DNA of 64,000 nt from Acidobacteriota bacterium (GTDB lineage Bacteria; Acidobacteriota; Blastocatellia; Pyrinomonadales; Pyrinomonadaceae). The stretch is taken from the NCBI GenBank assembly GCA_032159235.1, contig JAVHWW010000075.1, positions 3,717-67,716 on the forward strand, given 5' to 3'. Each line of letters starts with the position of its first letter. Within the stretch, counting starts at the first letter, position 1. The position numbers and the translations under genes are program-made. Below are positions 43,824 to 52,886 of this stretch, piece by piece. Below the pieces are notes generated by a model. The model saw only the letters and a program-made list of their open reading frames with translations. It made no database searches and was not told the origin of the DNA.

Positions 43824-44840
43824 TTAGTCAGCGCCTACCATCTGACCAACCGATTCTTTCTTGCCTGACTCGCTCTGCGTTCCGCTTGCGGTCTGCTGCG
43901 GGTGTCGCCAGTTGTCGAGGATGCCGACCTGATGCACGCATTGGAGTGTGCAGGTCGGAGCGCACCACTTCTCCGTATTATACTCGCGCTCGAAATCTTT
44001 CATCGTGTACTCTTCGAGCGGAATGCCCGGATAGCCGCGCTGCTGCGAGCACCAGTGAACCAGACCGTCCTCGCAGATGTAGAGGTAGCGCGCTCCGGCG
44101 CGGCAGCGCCATTCGTAGGGCTTGCCTTCGGCGATTGAGTCTTGAAACCAGTTGAGGCGCGCGTGGTCGCGGTTGCCGACTTTCTTGACCTGCTGAAAAA
44201 TCTCTTTCTCTTTTTCATTGAGAGGCTTCAACGTGCCGTCATGGTCGTGGATGACGCCGACCGTGCTGGAGAAACCAAGCTCGACGGCGCGGCGCGCGAT
44301 GACAAGCGCATCTTCAGGAGTCTTGATGCCGCCGCCGATGACGGAGTTGATGTTGATGTGAAACTCCGCGTGCTCGGCCAGATGCTGCAACTTCTTGTTG
44401 AGATTCTTGAGACTCTTCTTCGAAACTTCATCAGGCTCGACGTTGTCTATGCTGATCTGTAGATATTCAAGCCCGGCGTCGTTCAATCGCTTGATGCGTT
44501 TGGGCGTGAAGTAGTAGCCATTGGAGATTAACCCGGCGATCATCTTGTGCGCGCGGATGTGACGAATGATGTCGTCCAATTCGGGATGCATCAGAGGCTC
44601 GCCGCCGGAGATGGTGACGATTGAGGTGCCGAGCGCAGCGAGTTTATCCAGACGCCGCTTCATCACGTCGAGCGGCACAGGCTCGGAGACTTTATCGTAC
44701 TCGTTGCAGTAACCGCAGGCCAGATTGCAGCGACGCATCGGAATAATGTGCGCGAGTACGGGATGCTTCGTCGAGAGCAGTGCGCGCGAGATAAAACTCG
44801 TCTCGCGTAGTTTGAGCCTGAGAAATTTGCTTCTCTTCAT
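43824..44840 (-). CDS. Radical SAM protein with Cys-rich C-terminal auxiliary region
   Basis: [11 protein letters not shown] CxxxCxxC cluster, GGEPLM, and C-terminal Cys residues (WRCRAG...YICEDG..HWCS...[10 protein letters not shown]). Confidence 0.85.
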   Translation of the reverse strand: MKRSKFLRLKLRETSFISRALLSTKHPVLAHIIPMRRCNLACGYCNEYDKVSEPVPLDVMKRRLDKLAALGTSIVTISGGEPLMHPELDDIIRHIRAHKMIAGLISNGYYFTPKRIKRLNDAGLEYLQISIDNVEPDEVSKKSLKNLNKKLQHLAEHAEFHININSVIGGGIKTPEDALVIARRAVELGFSSTVGVIHDHDGTLKPLNEKEKEIFQQVKKVGNRDHARLNWFQDSIAEGKPYEWRCRAGARYLYICEDGLVHWCSQQRGYPGIPLEEYTMKDFEREYNTEKWCAPTCTLQCVHQVGILDNWRHPQQTASGTQSESGKKESVGQMVGAD

Positions 44841-44945
44841 TTAATCCTGATTGACTACTTCGCGTTTGCGGACTTTAGCGCCGCTAGATTATGACTTGCA
44901 GGATATTCGAGACACAACGCCTTTGGCAAGAAGACACGCGCGCCT

Positions 44946-44990
44946 AAACCAAACAGCGAAGGGCTTCGGTCTTTCAACTCGAAGCCCTTT
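44946..44990 (-). terminator. Rho-independent terminator candidate after the LolA-like gene
   Basis: GAAGGGCTTCG (44958-68) pairs with CGAAGCCCTT (44980-89). On the minus strand it is followed by GCTGTTTGGTTT. Confidence 0.5.
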
Positions 44991-45015
44991 GCTTCCAAAC
45001 TTCCCGGATCGAATG

Positions 45016-45732
45016 TTAGGCCGGAATGATCTTCACGCCCGGCGCGAGTTTCAAAATAAACTCGTCGAGCGAAATGCTGGTGTTGCGCTGCAAGTTGCTC
45101 AGACGCACGGTGGTCGAGTCGTCATTCTTCTCAACCACTTTGGTCTGCACCGGCATCCCGTCTTTGTCAATCCATGCTTCGGCCCATTTGAAACTAGCCG
45201 CGCCCTTCGGCACGAGTTTCACGTGCGACGTGGAAACCCCGCCGCTCCACAGGCTGCCCGACAGTCTCTCCTGTCCCATGTCCTGCGCGTCGTAGCGCGC
45301 CGCCAGTTCCTGCTTTGACATGCTCAGGAATTCAAAAGCCGCATTGCCTTTTTCTCTTCCAGACCTGCCGTTAGCGTTGCCCACGTAGGCCATGTTGAGG
45401 CGCGGGCGAAACAGTGTGAACTTGCCGTTAGCGACGGCCAGTGTCTCGTTCTGCGGATAGCTCCAGTCAATGCGAACATAAGCGTTGCGGCCTGCCGCAG
45501 GAACATACAGCACTACGCCTTTATACTTGTCTGTGTCACCAATTTGCGCGTTATATTTTTCCATGTCAACGCTGGCGCGCAGAGATTTCAAGCCCTGACG
45601 GTTGCGCTCCATGCGGTTGAAAACCGTGCTGATGAAACCCGGACCTTGGGCGTATGTTTCCGTCGGGGAGCTAACGGCGACGACAGCCAGCAAAAGTGCG
45701 ACTGCGAGGCCAAGGGGAACAAGTCTCTTCAT
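45016..45732 (-). CDS. LolA-like outer-membrane lipoprotein carrier/sorting protein
   Basis: Signal peptide MKRLVPLGLAVALLLAVVAV. Beta-rich body of LolA-family size. GAAGGAG lies 6 nt upstream of ATG 45732. Confidence 0.65.
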   Translation of the reverse strand: MKRLVPLGLAVALLLAVVAVSSPTETYAQGPGFISTVFNRMERNRQGLKSLRASVDMEKYNAQIGDTDKYKGVVLYVPAAGRNAYVRIDWSYPQNETLAVANGKFTLFRPRLNMAYVGNANGRSGREKGNAAFEFLSMSKQELAARYDAQDMGQERLSGSLWSGGVSTSHVKLVPKGAASFKWAEAWIDKDGMPVQTKVVEKNDDSTTVRLSNLQRNTSISLDEFILKLAPGVKIIPA

Positions 45733-45801
45733 AAAAAACTCCTTCAAAAATATCAGTCCTCAAAATAGAGACTGAAAATCCTGCCGATTATCATTGGATG
45801 A

Positions 45802-46173
45802 TTACTTGATGTCAACCTCGTAAGCGACCACTTTGCCGTTTTCATCAAGCTTCGGATGCACATCCGAAATCACTATATCTGCGCGGCCTGTAATAGTTCG
45901 CACGCGATTTTCAATCTCATTTCGAGCCATTTGCGCCGGGAAATTGTCACCCATGAGAATCACTTTGGAGGCGACCGGACTTTGATGCGTCGGGCTGGAA
46001 ACTGGTTTGCCATTCGACCAATTTCTCATGCCCGTTCCGCTATCAAACCAGCGTTGCGGAGTCAGAAAAATAAAGGCCAGGATGCAGGCACACAGCACGT
46101 CATATTGCCATGTATTTCGTGCATAGCCCCAGAAGAAAAGTCGCTTAATAATACGAAAAATATAACCCAACAT
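45802..46173 (-). CDS. Hypothetical membrane-anchored protein
   Basis: 123 aa. N-terminal TM helix plus a small C-terminal domain. No family recognised. Confidence 0.45.
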   Translation of the reverse strand: MLGYIFRIIKRLFFWGYARNTWQYDVLCACILAFIFLTPQRWFDSGTGMRNWSNGKPVSSPTHQSPVASKVILMGDNFPAQMARNEIENRVRTITGRADIVISDVHPKLDENGKVVAYEVDIK

Positions 46174-46225
46174 TTCGATTGCGGACGCGCGGAATAAAAG
46201 AATTGATACATTTATTCATGTAATC

Positions 46226-46252
46226 ATTGATTCAATGAAGAAATGAATCAAT
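46226..46252. promoter_or_regulatory. Perfect 9-9-9 palindrome in an AT-rich intergenic region (candidate operator)
   Basis: ATTGATTCA-ATGAAGAAA-TGAATCAAT. Lies 53 nt upstream (minus strand) of the start at 46173. Confidence 0.3.
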
Positions 46253-46369
46253 CTATCAATCTTCTTCATTCTGCAATATTATTCGCCAACTGTCGGATTC
46301 AGCTTGCGCTCATGAGTTCCGATACTTTGTCCTTCGACTCATGAATCAGATTTTTCAACCCTCGCCCAA

Positions 46370-47062
46370 TTACATTTGCACGTTCTGTGCCGGTTCGATG
46401 ATCTGCCCGTCGCGCATCTGTACGATCCGTTTGCACATGGCGGCGGCTTCCGGGTTGTGCGTAATCATCACGACAGTCTGATTGAAACGATAATTGAGTT
46501 CCTGAAACATGTTGAGCACGATGGCGGAATTCTCAGTGTCGAGATTGCCCGTCGGCTCGTCAGCGAGAATGATCGTCGGGCGCGTGACCACTGCACGAGC
46601 AAGTGCGACACGCTGCTGCTCGCCGCCGGAAAGCTCCAGAGGCTTGTGGTGCATCTTGTCTTCAAGGCGCAGCAGTCGCAAGACCTCGCGCCGCCTTTCC
46701 GGGTCATCCTTGCCGTTGCTGTGGATGCTCTCGGCGAGACGCAGATTACCTTCGGCGGTCAGGGTCGGAAAAAGATTGAAGCGTTGAAAGACGAAACCAA
46801 TCTTGCGGCGGCGGATGTCTGTGCGCTTCGCGTCCGAAGCGGCAGTCAAATCTTCGTCATCAATAATAATGCGCCCGCTCGTCGGCGTCAGCAGTCCTCC
46901 GAGCAAGTGCAGCATCGTTGATTTGCCGCAACCCGAAGGCCCCATAATCGCAACGAACTCGCCCTCCTGCACCGCAAGCGACACGCCGCGCAACGCGGGC
47001 ACATCAACCTTGCCCACGCGATAAACTTTTTCGAGATTCTCAGCCTGTAAGATAGTTCGCAT
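46370..47062 (-). CDS. ABC transporter ATP-binding protein (LolD/MacB/FtsE-like)
   Basis: Walker [10 protein letters not shown], signature LSGGEQQRV, Walker [12 protein letters not shown]. 230 aa. Confidence 0.9.
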   Translation of the reverse strand: MRTILQAENLEKVYRVGKVDVPALRGVSLAVQEGEFVAIMGPSGCGKSTMLHLLGGLLTPTSGRIIIDDEDLTAASDAKRTDIRRRKIGFVFQRFNLFPTLTAEGNLRLAESIHSNGKDDPERRREVLRLLRLEDKMHHKPLELSGGEQQRVALARAVVTRPTIILADEPTGNLDTENSAIVLNMFQELNYRFNQTVVMITHNPEAAAMCKRIVQMRDGQIIEPAQNVQM

Positions 47063-47068
47063 GAAAAT

Positions 47069-47159
47069 AGTGGTCAGTGGTCAGTGGTCAGTGGTCAGTG
47101 GTCAGTGGTCAGTCGGTTCAGCTTTTCAACTGACCACTGACCACCGACCACTGACCACT
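47069..47159 (-). repeat. Family A palindromic element (core in minus orientation)
   Basis: Left arm 47069-47113 (6 units), loop CGGTTCAGCTTTTCAA 47114-47129, right arm 47130-47159. Fills the whole gap between the permease stop (47159-61) and the ATPase start (47062). Confidence 0.9.
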
Positions 47160-48268
47160 CATTCGTATGACAGTGCGCTCACGGCGTCCAGGTTCGCGGC
47201 GCGGATCGCAGGATAGAGCGCGCCTATTGCACCGCCAAATAATCCGATTGCAGCGGCGGCGATGGCCCAGCCCCAGCCGTACTCGAAGATCAGCCCGTAA
47301 GCGCGATGAATCAGAATGCCCGCAAGCAACGAGACCGCGAAGCCGACGACGAGGCCGAACGCGCTAATCAGGATCGCTTCCTTTTCAATCGCGCCGATGA
47401 TATAGCCGCGCGACGCGCCCATCGCTTTGAGGATTCCAATCTCGCGCGTGCGCTCCGTAATCGTCGTGTACATCGCCAGCATGACGACGAGCGCGCTGAC
47501 GACCGCCGATAGTCCAACGAGCACTTTCAGAAAGATGCCCAGATAAGGAATCTTCTTCTCGATGCTCGTGAACACGTCGCGCGTGAACTGAATCTTGTTG
47601 CCCTTCGTCCGCGAGTCAGCGTCAATTCGCTCGGCCAGCGTTTTCTCGTCCACGCCGTCTTTGGCCTTGACGAGAATGTACGTGCACTTGTCCGAAGTCT
47701 CAAGTAATTCCTGCATCGTATGCAAAGGCATCTTAACACGCGCGCCGGACTCGGGGCTGTAGATGCCCGCCACATGAAACGGCTTGTCGCCGAAAGGTGT
47801 AACACTGCTTCCGACTGCGAGATTGTCGTTGCGTGCTTTCGTCTGGTCAATGACAATCTCATCGGCGGCTTGAGGCGGGCGCCCCCCTTCCTCAATCTGC
47901 AAGTTGTTCATTTTGGCAAGTGCAGGCCAATCCGCGCCCTCAATCTGCTCGAATCCGAAACCGCCCTTGCCCTGAAAGAAATAGACGATCACAGGCACCG
48001 CCGATTCGACGCCGTCAATGGCCTGTAGCCGCTCAACATACTTGGTGCTCAAGTTCGTCGTCGAGCTGGTTAGATTATCCATCGTGCCGGGACGACTGAA
48101 GATAATCTCCGCCCGCAGATTCTGCGAACGGCGCAGCAGATCGTTCGACATCCCACGCGCCAGTCCCGTGAACAACATCACGAGCGCCACACCCAGCGCC
48201 ACACCAATCACGCTCACGAGCGAGCGGATCGGGCGCTGTCGAATGTTTGAGGCGATGAGATTATCCAT
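47159..48268 (-). CDS. ABC transporter permease, FtsX/MacB/LolCE family
   Basis: N-terminal TM, large periplasmic domain and C-terminal 3-TM FtsX domain (ILKAMGASRG). ATG 48268; the longer ORF start (48346) reads through the family G repeat. Confidence 0.85.
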   Translation of the reverse strand: MDNLIASNIRQRPIRSLVSVIGVALGVALVMLFTGLARGMSNDLLRRSQNLRAEIIFSRPGTMDNLTSSTTNLSTKYVERLQAIDGVESAVPVIVYFFQGKGGFGFEQIEGADWPALAKMNNLQIEEGGRPPQAADEIVIDQTKARNDNLAVGSSVTPFGDKPFHVAGIYSPESGARVKMPLHTMQELLETSDKCTYILVKAKDGVDEKTLAERIDADSRTKGNKIQFTRDVFTSIEKKIPYLGIFLKVLVGLSAVVSALVVMLAMYTTITERTREIGILKAMGASRGYIIGAIEKEAILISAFGLVVGFAVSLLAGILIHRAYGLIFEYGWGWAIAAAAIGLFGGAIGALYPAIRAANLDAVSALSYE

Positions 48269-48269
48269 T

Positions 48270-48375
48270 GTGAATGAGTGATAAGTGATGAGTGATAAGT
48301 GATGAGTGATAAGTAATAAGATGAAAGCCACGCTCTTTCTTATCACTTATCACTTATCACTTATCACTTATCACT
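48270..48375. repeat. Family G palindromic element (7-nt units GTGATAA/GTGATGA)
   Basis: Left arm 48270-48320, loop 48321-48339, right arm 5x TTATCAC 48340-48375. Contains the stop of the upstream lipoprotein gene. Confidence 0.9.
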
Positions 48376-49440
48376 CCCTTTCGCCCGTTGTTTCTCGCGC
48401 GCGTCTAAATCGAGTTCGGGCAGTTGCCATTTGTTTTCGAGGACGAAGATGCTCGACTTATATTCGTGATCAAGTTCGACGGCATCGGGCGCTTGATAGC
48501 TCATGCTCAGCTTGTAGCGGTCATGCGGGCGCGTCAGCTCGATGCGCGAAGGCATCACGAGGCGTCCGCCCTCGCCGAAATTTTTCGGGTCAAAGTATGA
48601 GACATCAGAATCCAGCAGTCCGTCCTTATCGAAAGTCTGCACGCGCGCCAGATGAATGCCGCCCACACGATCAAACCAGAAACGTCGCAACAGCCTGGCT
48701 CCGGTCTCACCTCCCGGCTCAAGCTCGTCCAGCAGATAATAGCCGCGCACGACACGCTCATCCTTCTTCGCACGCGGGCGCGTGTCCGCTTCCTCCTGAT
48801 AAAACTCGCTCATCGCATAAATCAATCCTGATTCTGCGCGCGATTGAACGGGACGAATCATCAGCGCATCCGTGAAATGCTGCGGGCGCAGATTAGAGAG
48901 CGCGTTGACCGTGCGCTCGCCATCCACTCCCTTCTTCTTTTTATCGTCCGCGCTCGTGTCCTCCATTGCCAGCTTCGGATAGACGGCGTTATTCGTTCCA
49001 CGCACGAAGCGCTTGTACGTCTCCTCGCCCTGCAAGACCGCGACCCGGAAATGCTCGCCATCGGAAGTCATCTCCGCGATGTCTGTGGCGACAAACGGCG
49101 CTTGAATCTTGAGATAAATCTGGCCGGGTCGCTGCAAATAGACAGTTCCGTCCGCCGTCCTGTATTTCTCGGCGAGGCCGGACTCGGCAAACGAGTTGTC
49201 CTGAATCTGGATGTCAATCTTGCCTTTGATGGAGCGCACGGTAGCCAGGCGATTGACTTCCGCCGTGAGTTGCGTCAGGTTCGCATTAGTCAGAGGCCCC
49301 AGCAGAGGCGCTGTCTTTACGGAATGCTTAACGCCGAACAGACTCGCGCAGCCGCTGACCATCAACAGGCTCAACGCAATTATGAAAAAGCTGGCGACGC
49401 GCGAATGATAGCTTTTCGACAAAGAGAATGAATTAAGCAT
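48364..49440 (-). CDS. LolB/LolA-like (DUF4292-like) lipoprotein
   Basis: LLMVSGC lipobox. Beta-rich body with a GKIDIQIQ...LQRPGQIYLKIQAPF pattern. ATG 49440. The last codons (GSDK) are encoded by the repeat arm. Confidence 0.6.
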   Translation of the reverse strand: MLNSFSLSKSYHSRVASFFIIALSLLMVSGCASLFGVKHSVKTAPLLGPLTNANLTQLTAEVNRLATVRSIKGKIDIQIQDNSFAESGLAEKYRTADGTVYLQRPGQIYLKIQAPFVATDIAEMTSDGEHFRVAVLQGEETYKRFVRGTNNAVYPKLAMEDTSADDKKKKGVDGERTVNALSNLRPQHFTDALMIRPVQSRAESGLIYAMSEFYQEEADTRPRAKKDERVVRGYYLLDELEPGGETGARLLRRFWFDRVGGIHLARVQTFDKDGLLDSDVSYFDPKNFGEGGRLVMPSRIELTRPHDRYKLSMSYQAPDAVELDHEYKSSIFVLENKWQLPELDLDAREKQRAKGSDK

Positions 49441-49533
49441 TAACAAAAATTGCGAAGGCTCGAAGTTATCATATCCCGTTAATGATCTTGATAAAATTAA
49501 GTAAAGCAACCTAACAAAGTGTCTTCGTCATTG

Positions 49534-50118
49534 TCAACGAACGATGCGCTGCCGCTCGACGACGAGTTGCTGCAAAACTTCATTAACAACTTCTCCGGCA
49601 ATGCCATCCAGACGAAAATCCCGCTCCGCGACACCATCCCAGAACTCGTCAAGCCCACGCACGCCCGCGCGCTCAAAGGAGAGCGTCTGCACGAGCAAAT
49701 CAATCACGTCCGCAGCCTTGACGAGCCGCGCTTCCAAGCTCTCACGCTCCTCGTAATCTTCATGCAGCGCGCTATATTTTTCAGCAATAGCGCTCGTTTC
49801 AAGCCTGCTCACGATCTCCTTAAAAGCCGCGCTCTCAGCGCCTTTTCTCGTCTCTGCGCCGAAATACTCCGTCGCCGTGCGCGGTAAATCGCCAACGCGA
49901 ACCTCCGCCCAATCGTGCAGGAGCGCGGTTCTCAAAACGCACTCCATGTTGACTTCGACGCCGCGCGCAATCAACTCATCGCCTAACAACATCGCCGCCA
50001 CCGCCACACCATACGAATGATCCGCCACAGACTCCGCACCCGCCGCGATGCCGCGCAGCATCCAGCCCGTGCGCCCCAATCCCTTCAAACGCTGTAACTC
50101 GATCAGTGTGGAAAGCAT
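49534..50118 (-). CDS. HD-domain phosphohydrolase (YfbR-like 5'-nucleotidase family)
   Basis: ESVADHSYGVA and LLHDWAEVRVGDLP metal-binding H..HD..D motifs. 194 aa. Confidence 0.8.
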   Translation of the reverse strand: MLSTLIELQRLKGLGRTGWMLRGIAAGAESVADHSYGVAVAAMLLGDELIARGVEVNMECVLRTALLHDWAEVRVGDLPRTATEYFGAETRKGAESAAFKEIVSRLETSAIAEKYSALHEDYEERESLEARLVKAADVIDLLVQTLSFERAGVRGLDEFWDGVAERDFRLDGIAGEVVNEVLQQLVVERQRIVR

Positions 50119-50120
50119 AT

Positions 50121-50170
50121 CAGTGGTCAGTGGTCAGTCGGTTCAGCTTCTCAACTGACCACTGACCACT
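50121..50170 (-). repeat. Family A palindromic element, short (core in minus orientation)
   Basis: Left arm 50121-50138, loop CGGTTCAGCTTCTCAA 50139-50154, right arm 50155-50170. Fills the gap between the stop at 50173 and the start at 50118. Confidence 0.85.
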
Positions 50171-50172
50171 AC

Positions 50173-51600
50173 TCAAACAAACATTTTTCCCGGATTAAGA
50201 ATGCCGAGCGGATCGAGTGCGCGTTTGATCCGCTTCATCGCTTCGACGGTCGGGGCATTGATCGCCATCTCAAGATAAGGCGCTTTGACGTAGCCGATGC
50301 CGTGCTCGCCGCTGATCGTGCCGCCAAGTTCGATTGCCACACTGAAAGTTTCACGCACGGCCTCGCGTGCACGTCTGACAGCTTCCTTGTCTTCACGGTC
50401 GCACATGAAGTTGACGTGAATGTTGCCGTCGCCCGCGTGGCCGAAGTTGACGACGAAGGTTTGATGTCGTCGGCCTATCTCTTCGACGCGCTCGATCAAC
50501 TCAGGCACGCGCGAGCGCGGGACGACGACATCCTCATTGAATTTGAGCGTCCCAAACTTTTTAATCGCGGGCGAGAGTGCGCGCCGCACATCCCACAAGC
50601 GATCTTCGTCTTCTTTAGTCGCCGCGCGAATCAGATCGTAGCCGCCGCCATCGCGCAGGACATCTTCTATCAACAGAGATGTTCGCTCGACCTCTTCAGT
50701 CGCGCCGTCAACGGAGACGAGCAGCAGCGCACCGGCATCATGCGCCAGCCCGAAAGCGTACTGCGCTTCGACGGCAGCGATGGAGTTCCGGTCAAGCACT
50801 TCAATCGCCACCGGCGTGACACGCGCGCGCGAGAAGCGCACGACACAAGCGCAGGCTTCACGCATCGTGTGAAATGTTGCGCGCACGGTGCGTGTTGCTT
50901 CCGGTAGCGGCAATAGTTTGAGCGTCGCTTCCGTGATGATGCCGAGCATTCCTTCCGAGCCGCAGATGAGTCCGGTCAAATCGAACCCGACGACATTCTT
51001 GCTCGTCAGTCCGCCCGTGCGGATTATCTCGCCCGTCGGTGTGACGACTTCCAAACCCAGCACGTAATGCTTCGTCACGCCGTATTTCGCGGAGCGGATG
51101 CCACCGGCGTTTTCGGCGATGTTGCCTCCGATGAAAGATTCTTTGTAAGACGCAGGGTCGGGCGGATAGAAAAGTCCCTGCGCTTCGACAGCTTGTTGCA
51201 GCGTGTAGGTCGTCACGCCCGGCTCCGTGATGACATAAAGGTCGTCGGCGTTAATCTGCTTGATCTGGTTCATGCGGTCAGTGCCGATGACGACGCCGCC
51301 TTCAATTGGAACTGCGCCACCTGAATAGCCGACGCCGCCGCCGCGCGCCGTCACAGGAAAACGCGCTTCATTGGCGAGTTTGAGAATCGCCGCGATCTCT
51401 GCGGCTGTGCGCGGCAGCAAGACGGCTTCGGGCGGAAACTTTTCCTTGACCGCATCCTGCGCGTAAGGCTCTACCTTGTCTGGATCAATGATGACATGCT
51501 CCGCGCCGACGATCTCACGCAGCCGCGCCAGCACCGCCATGTCGGATGCAGCCGTGCGCGTGCGCGCCCTGCCTGAGATGATGCCAACCGAGCCGCTCAT
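50173..51600 (-). CDS. FAD-linked oxidase (GlcD / D-lactate dehydrogenase family)
   Basis: FAD-binding PCMH domain (PVTARGGGVGYSGGAVP) plus a C-terminal FAD-oxidase domain (GTISGEHGIG). ATG 51600; an in-frame TTG lies at 51615. Confidence 0.9.
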   Translation of the reverse strand: MSGSVGIISGRARTRTAASDMAVLARLREIVGAEHVIIDPDKVEPYAQDAVKEKFPPEAVLLPRTAAEIAAILKLANEARFPVTARGGGVGYSGGAVPIEGGVVIGTDRMNQIKQINADDLYVITEPGVTTYTLQQAVEAQGLFYPPDPASYKESFIGGNIAENAGGIRSAKYGVTKHYVLGLEVVTPTGEIIRTGGLTSKNVVGFDLTGLICGSEGMLGIITEATLKLLPLPEATRTVRATFHTMREACACVVRFSRARVTPVAIEVLDRNSIAAVEAQYAFGLAHDAGALLLVSVDGATEEVERTSLLIEDVLRDGGGYDLIRAATKEDEDRLWDVRRALSPAIKKFGTLKFNEDVVVPRSRVPELIERVEEIGRRHQTFVVNFGHAGDGNIHVNFMCDREDKEAVRRAREAVRETFSVAIELGGTISGEHGIGYVKAPYLEMAINAPTVEAMKRIKRALDPLGILNPGKMFV

Positions 51601-51658
51601 GCGTTTGTGTTCCAATCTGGAATTACTTTAACGCGAAGTTGACCAACTCATCAACGCG

Positions 51659-51702
51659 CAAAAAGAGAAGCGGCGCTGCGATTTATCGCACATCGCCGCT
51701 TC
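51659..51702 (-). terminator. Rho-independent terminator candidate
   Basis: GAAGCGGCG (51667-75) pairs with CGCCGCTTC (51694-702). On the minus strand it is followed by TCTTTTTG. Confidence 0.5.
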
Positions 51703-51826
51703 AATGGTTTAGTTCCTTTTGGAGTGATACCTGTTGAGGCGCTGGATAAGACGAGATGTGGCGGTCAATCTCTCGTCACCTTAATTACGATTTGATGCTC
51801 AGGCCAGCGATGAGAGCTTGTCTTTC

Positions 51827-51982
51827 TCAACGGCAGCCATCATGCTCGCAGCCGCAGCCGATCTCCATGACGTGCGATCTCTCCGCGTCTTTGCAGTATT
51901 CGCCGCAATACTTTTGATCGCCTGGGACGCTGCAATCGCAGGCCGGATGCGCGCATTTGTGTTTGTTTTGCTCGTCTGCCAT
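51827..51982 (-). CDS. Bacterial metallothionein-like protein (SmtA/BmtA-like), 51 aa, absent from the ORF track
   Basis: Manual translation gives MADEQNKHKCAHPACDCSVPGDQKYCGEYCKDAERSHVMEIGCGCEHDGCR (8 Cys, 4 His). GGAAGGAAGGG lies 7 nt upstream of the ATG. KCAxxxCxC...YCxxxC...GCGCxHxGC parallels SmtA. Confidence 0.55.
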   Translation of the reverse strand: MADEQNKHKCAHPACDCSVPGDQKYCGEYCKDAERSHVMEIGCGCEHDGCR

Positions 51983-52158
51983 GACCGTACCCTTCCTTCC
52001 CTACGAATTAAAGACAGCTTCGGGGGAAAGCCGCTCGTGCCTAAATTCATCTCAGGGGAATGTTCAGTAGTTTCATGCTAGGCCGCGACACACCGGACGG
52101 TCAAGCCACGAAGAACAGTTCACCAGACGCGAAGAAAGAGAGCGCACGCACTGAGACT

Positions 52159-52791
52159 TTATTGCGCCGCACGGACTGTAATCTTGACGCGCTTCTTTTT
52201 CACGGGAACTTCGAGCGTGCTGCCCAACGGTGCGTTATAAACCTTGTCGTCAACGACGATTTCAACCGACGATGGCGCAGGCGCACTAACAGTCGCGGAC
52301 GGTGCAGGCGGCACAGGTTGCGTTGCGGCTTCAACAGGCTTCGCCGTATCGCTCGTGCGCGTCAGCAGATTGTTTGCCACGATGCGCCATGTTCTCGGCG
52401 CGCACGTCAGACGCAGGCCCGGCGCGTCCGTCTCCGCCTGCTCATTCGGTGCCAGAGAATTCAAACTGAACTCTCCCTCGCCGCAGCGCACGCCCCGCTC
52501 ATCATAAAAGGTCACGCTGCCGGAAACGTAGGTGTAAAAGAACGCGCTCTTGTTCTCGACGATGAAACGCGCGTTCCGCACGGGCGCGTCCGGCGTGCCG
52601 TTGAGAGCCGTCGTGAGAAGTTTTCCGGCGATGGCCGTGCGTCCCAATGAATCCAGCGCGACGGGCTGCTCTTCGAGCGCGACGTGACGTTCAGTTCCGG
52701 TATCCTGTGAAGTGGCTGCTTGCTGCCCGCGAACGCTCAGTGCGCCACAGGCCAAGAGCGTGATGAGCGCTGCTATGATTTTTGTTCTCAC
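52159..52791 (-). CDS. Secreted hypothetical protein
   Basis: Signal peptide MRTKIIAALITLLACGALSVRG. Beta-rich. No family recognised. Confidence 0.5.
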   Translation of the reverse strand: MRTKIIAALITLLACGALSVRGQQAATSQDTGTERHVALEEQPVALDSLGRTAIAGKLLTTALNGTPDAPVRNARFIVENKSAFFYTYVSGSVTFYDERGVRCGEGEFSLNSLAPNEQAETDAPGLRLTCAPRTWRIVANNLLTRTSDTAKPVEAATQPVPPAPSATVSAPAPSSVEIVVDDKVYNAPLGSTLEVPVKKKRVKITVRAAQ

Positions 52792-52886
52792 GACGGAATC
52801 TCCTCTGTGTGATGAATGCGATTTGAGCGTTTAGGATTGTAGTGCTGAAACGGGGGCACGAGCAATAGCTTGCCTGACATCTTCAA

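Noticed and set aside
51799-52081. The track ORFs 51799-52050 (-) and 51818-52081 (+).
   Set aside because: A different minus-strand frame encodes a Cys/His-patterned metallothionein-like peptide with a strong SD and a terminator. The listed ORFs have no motifs or SD.
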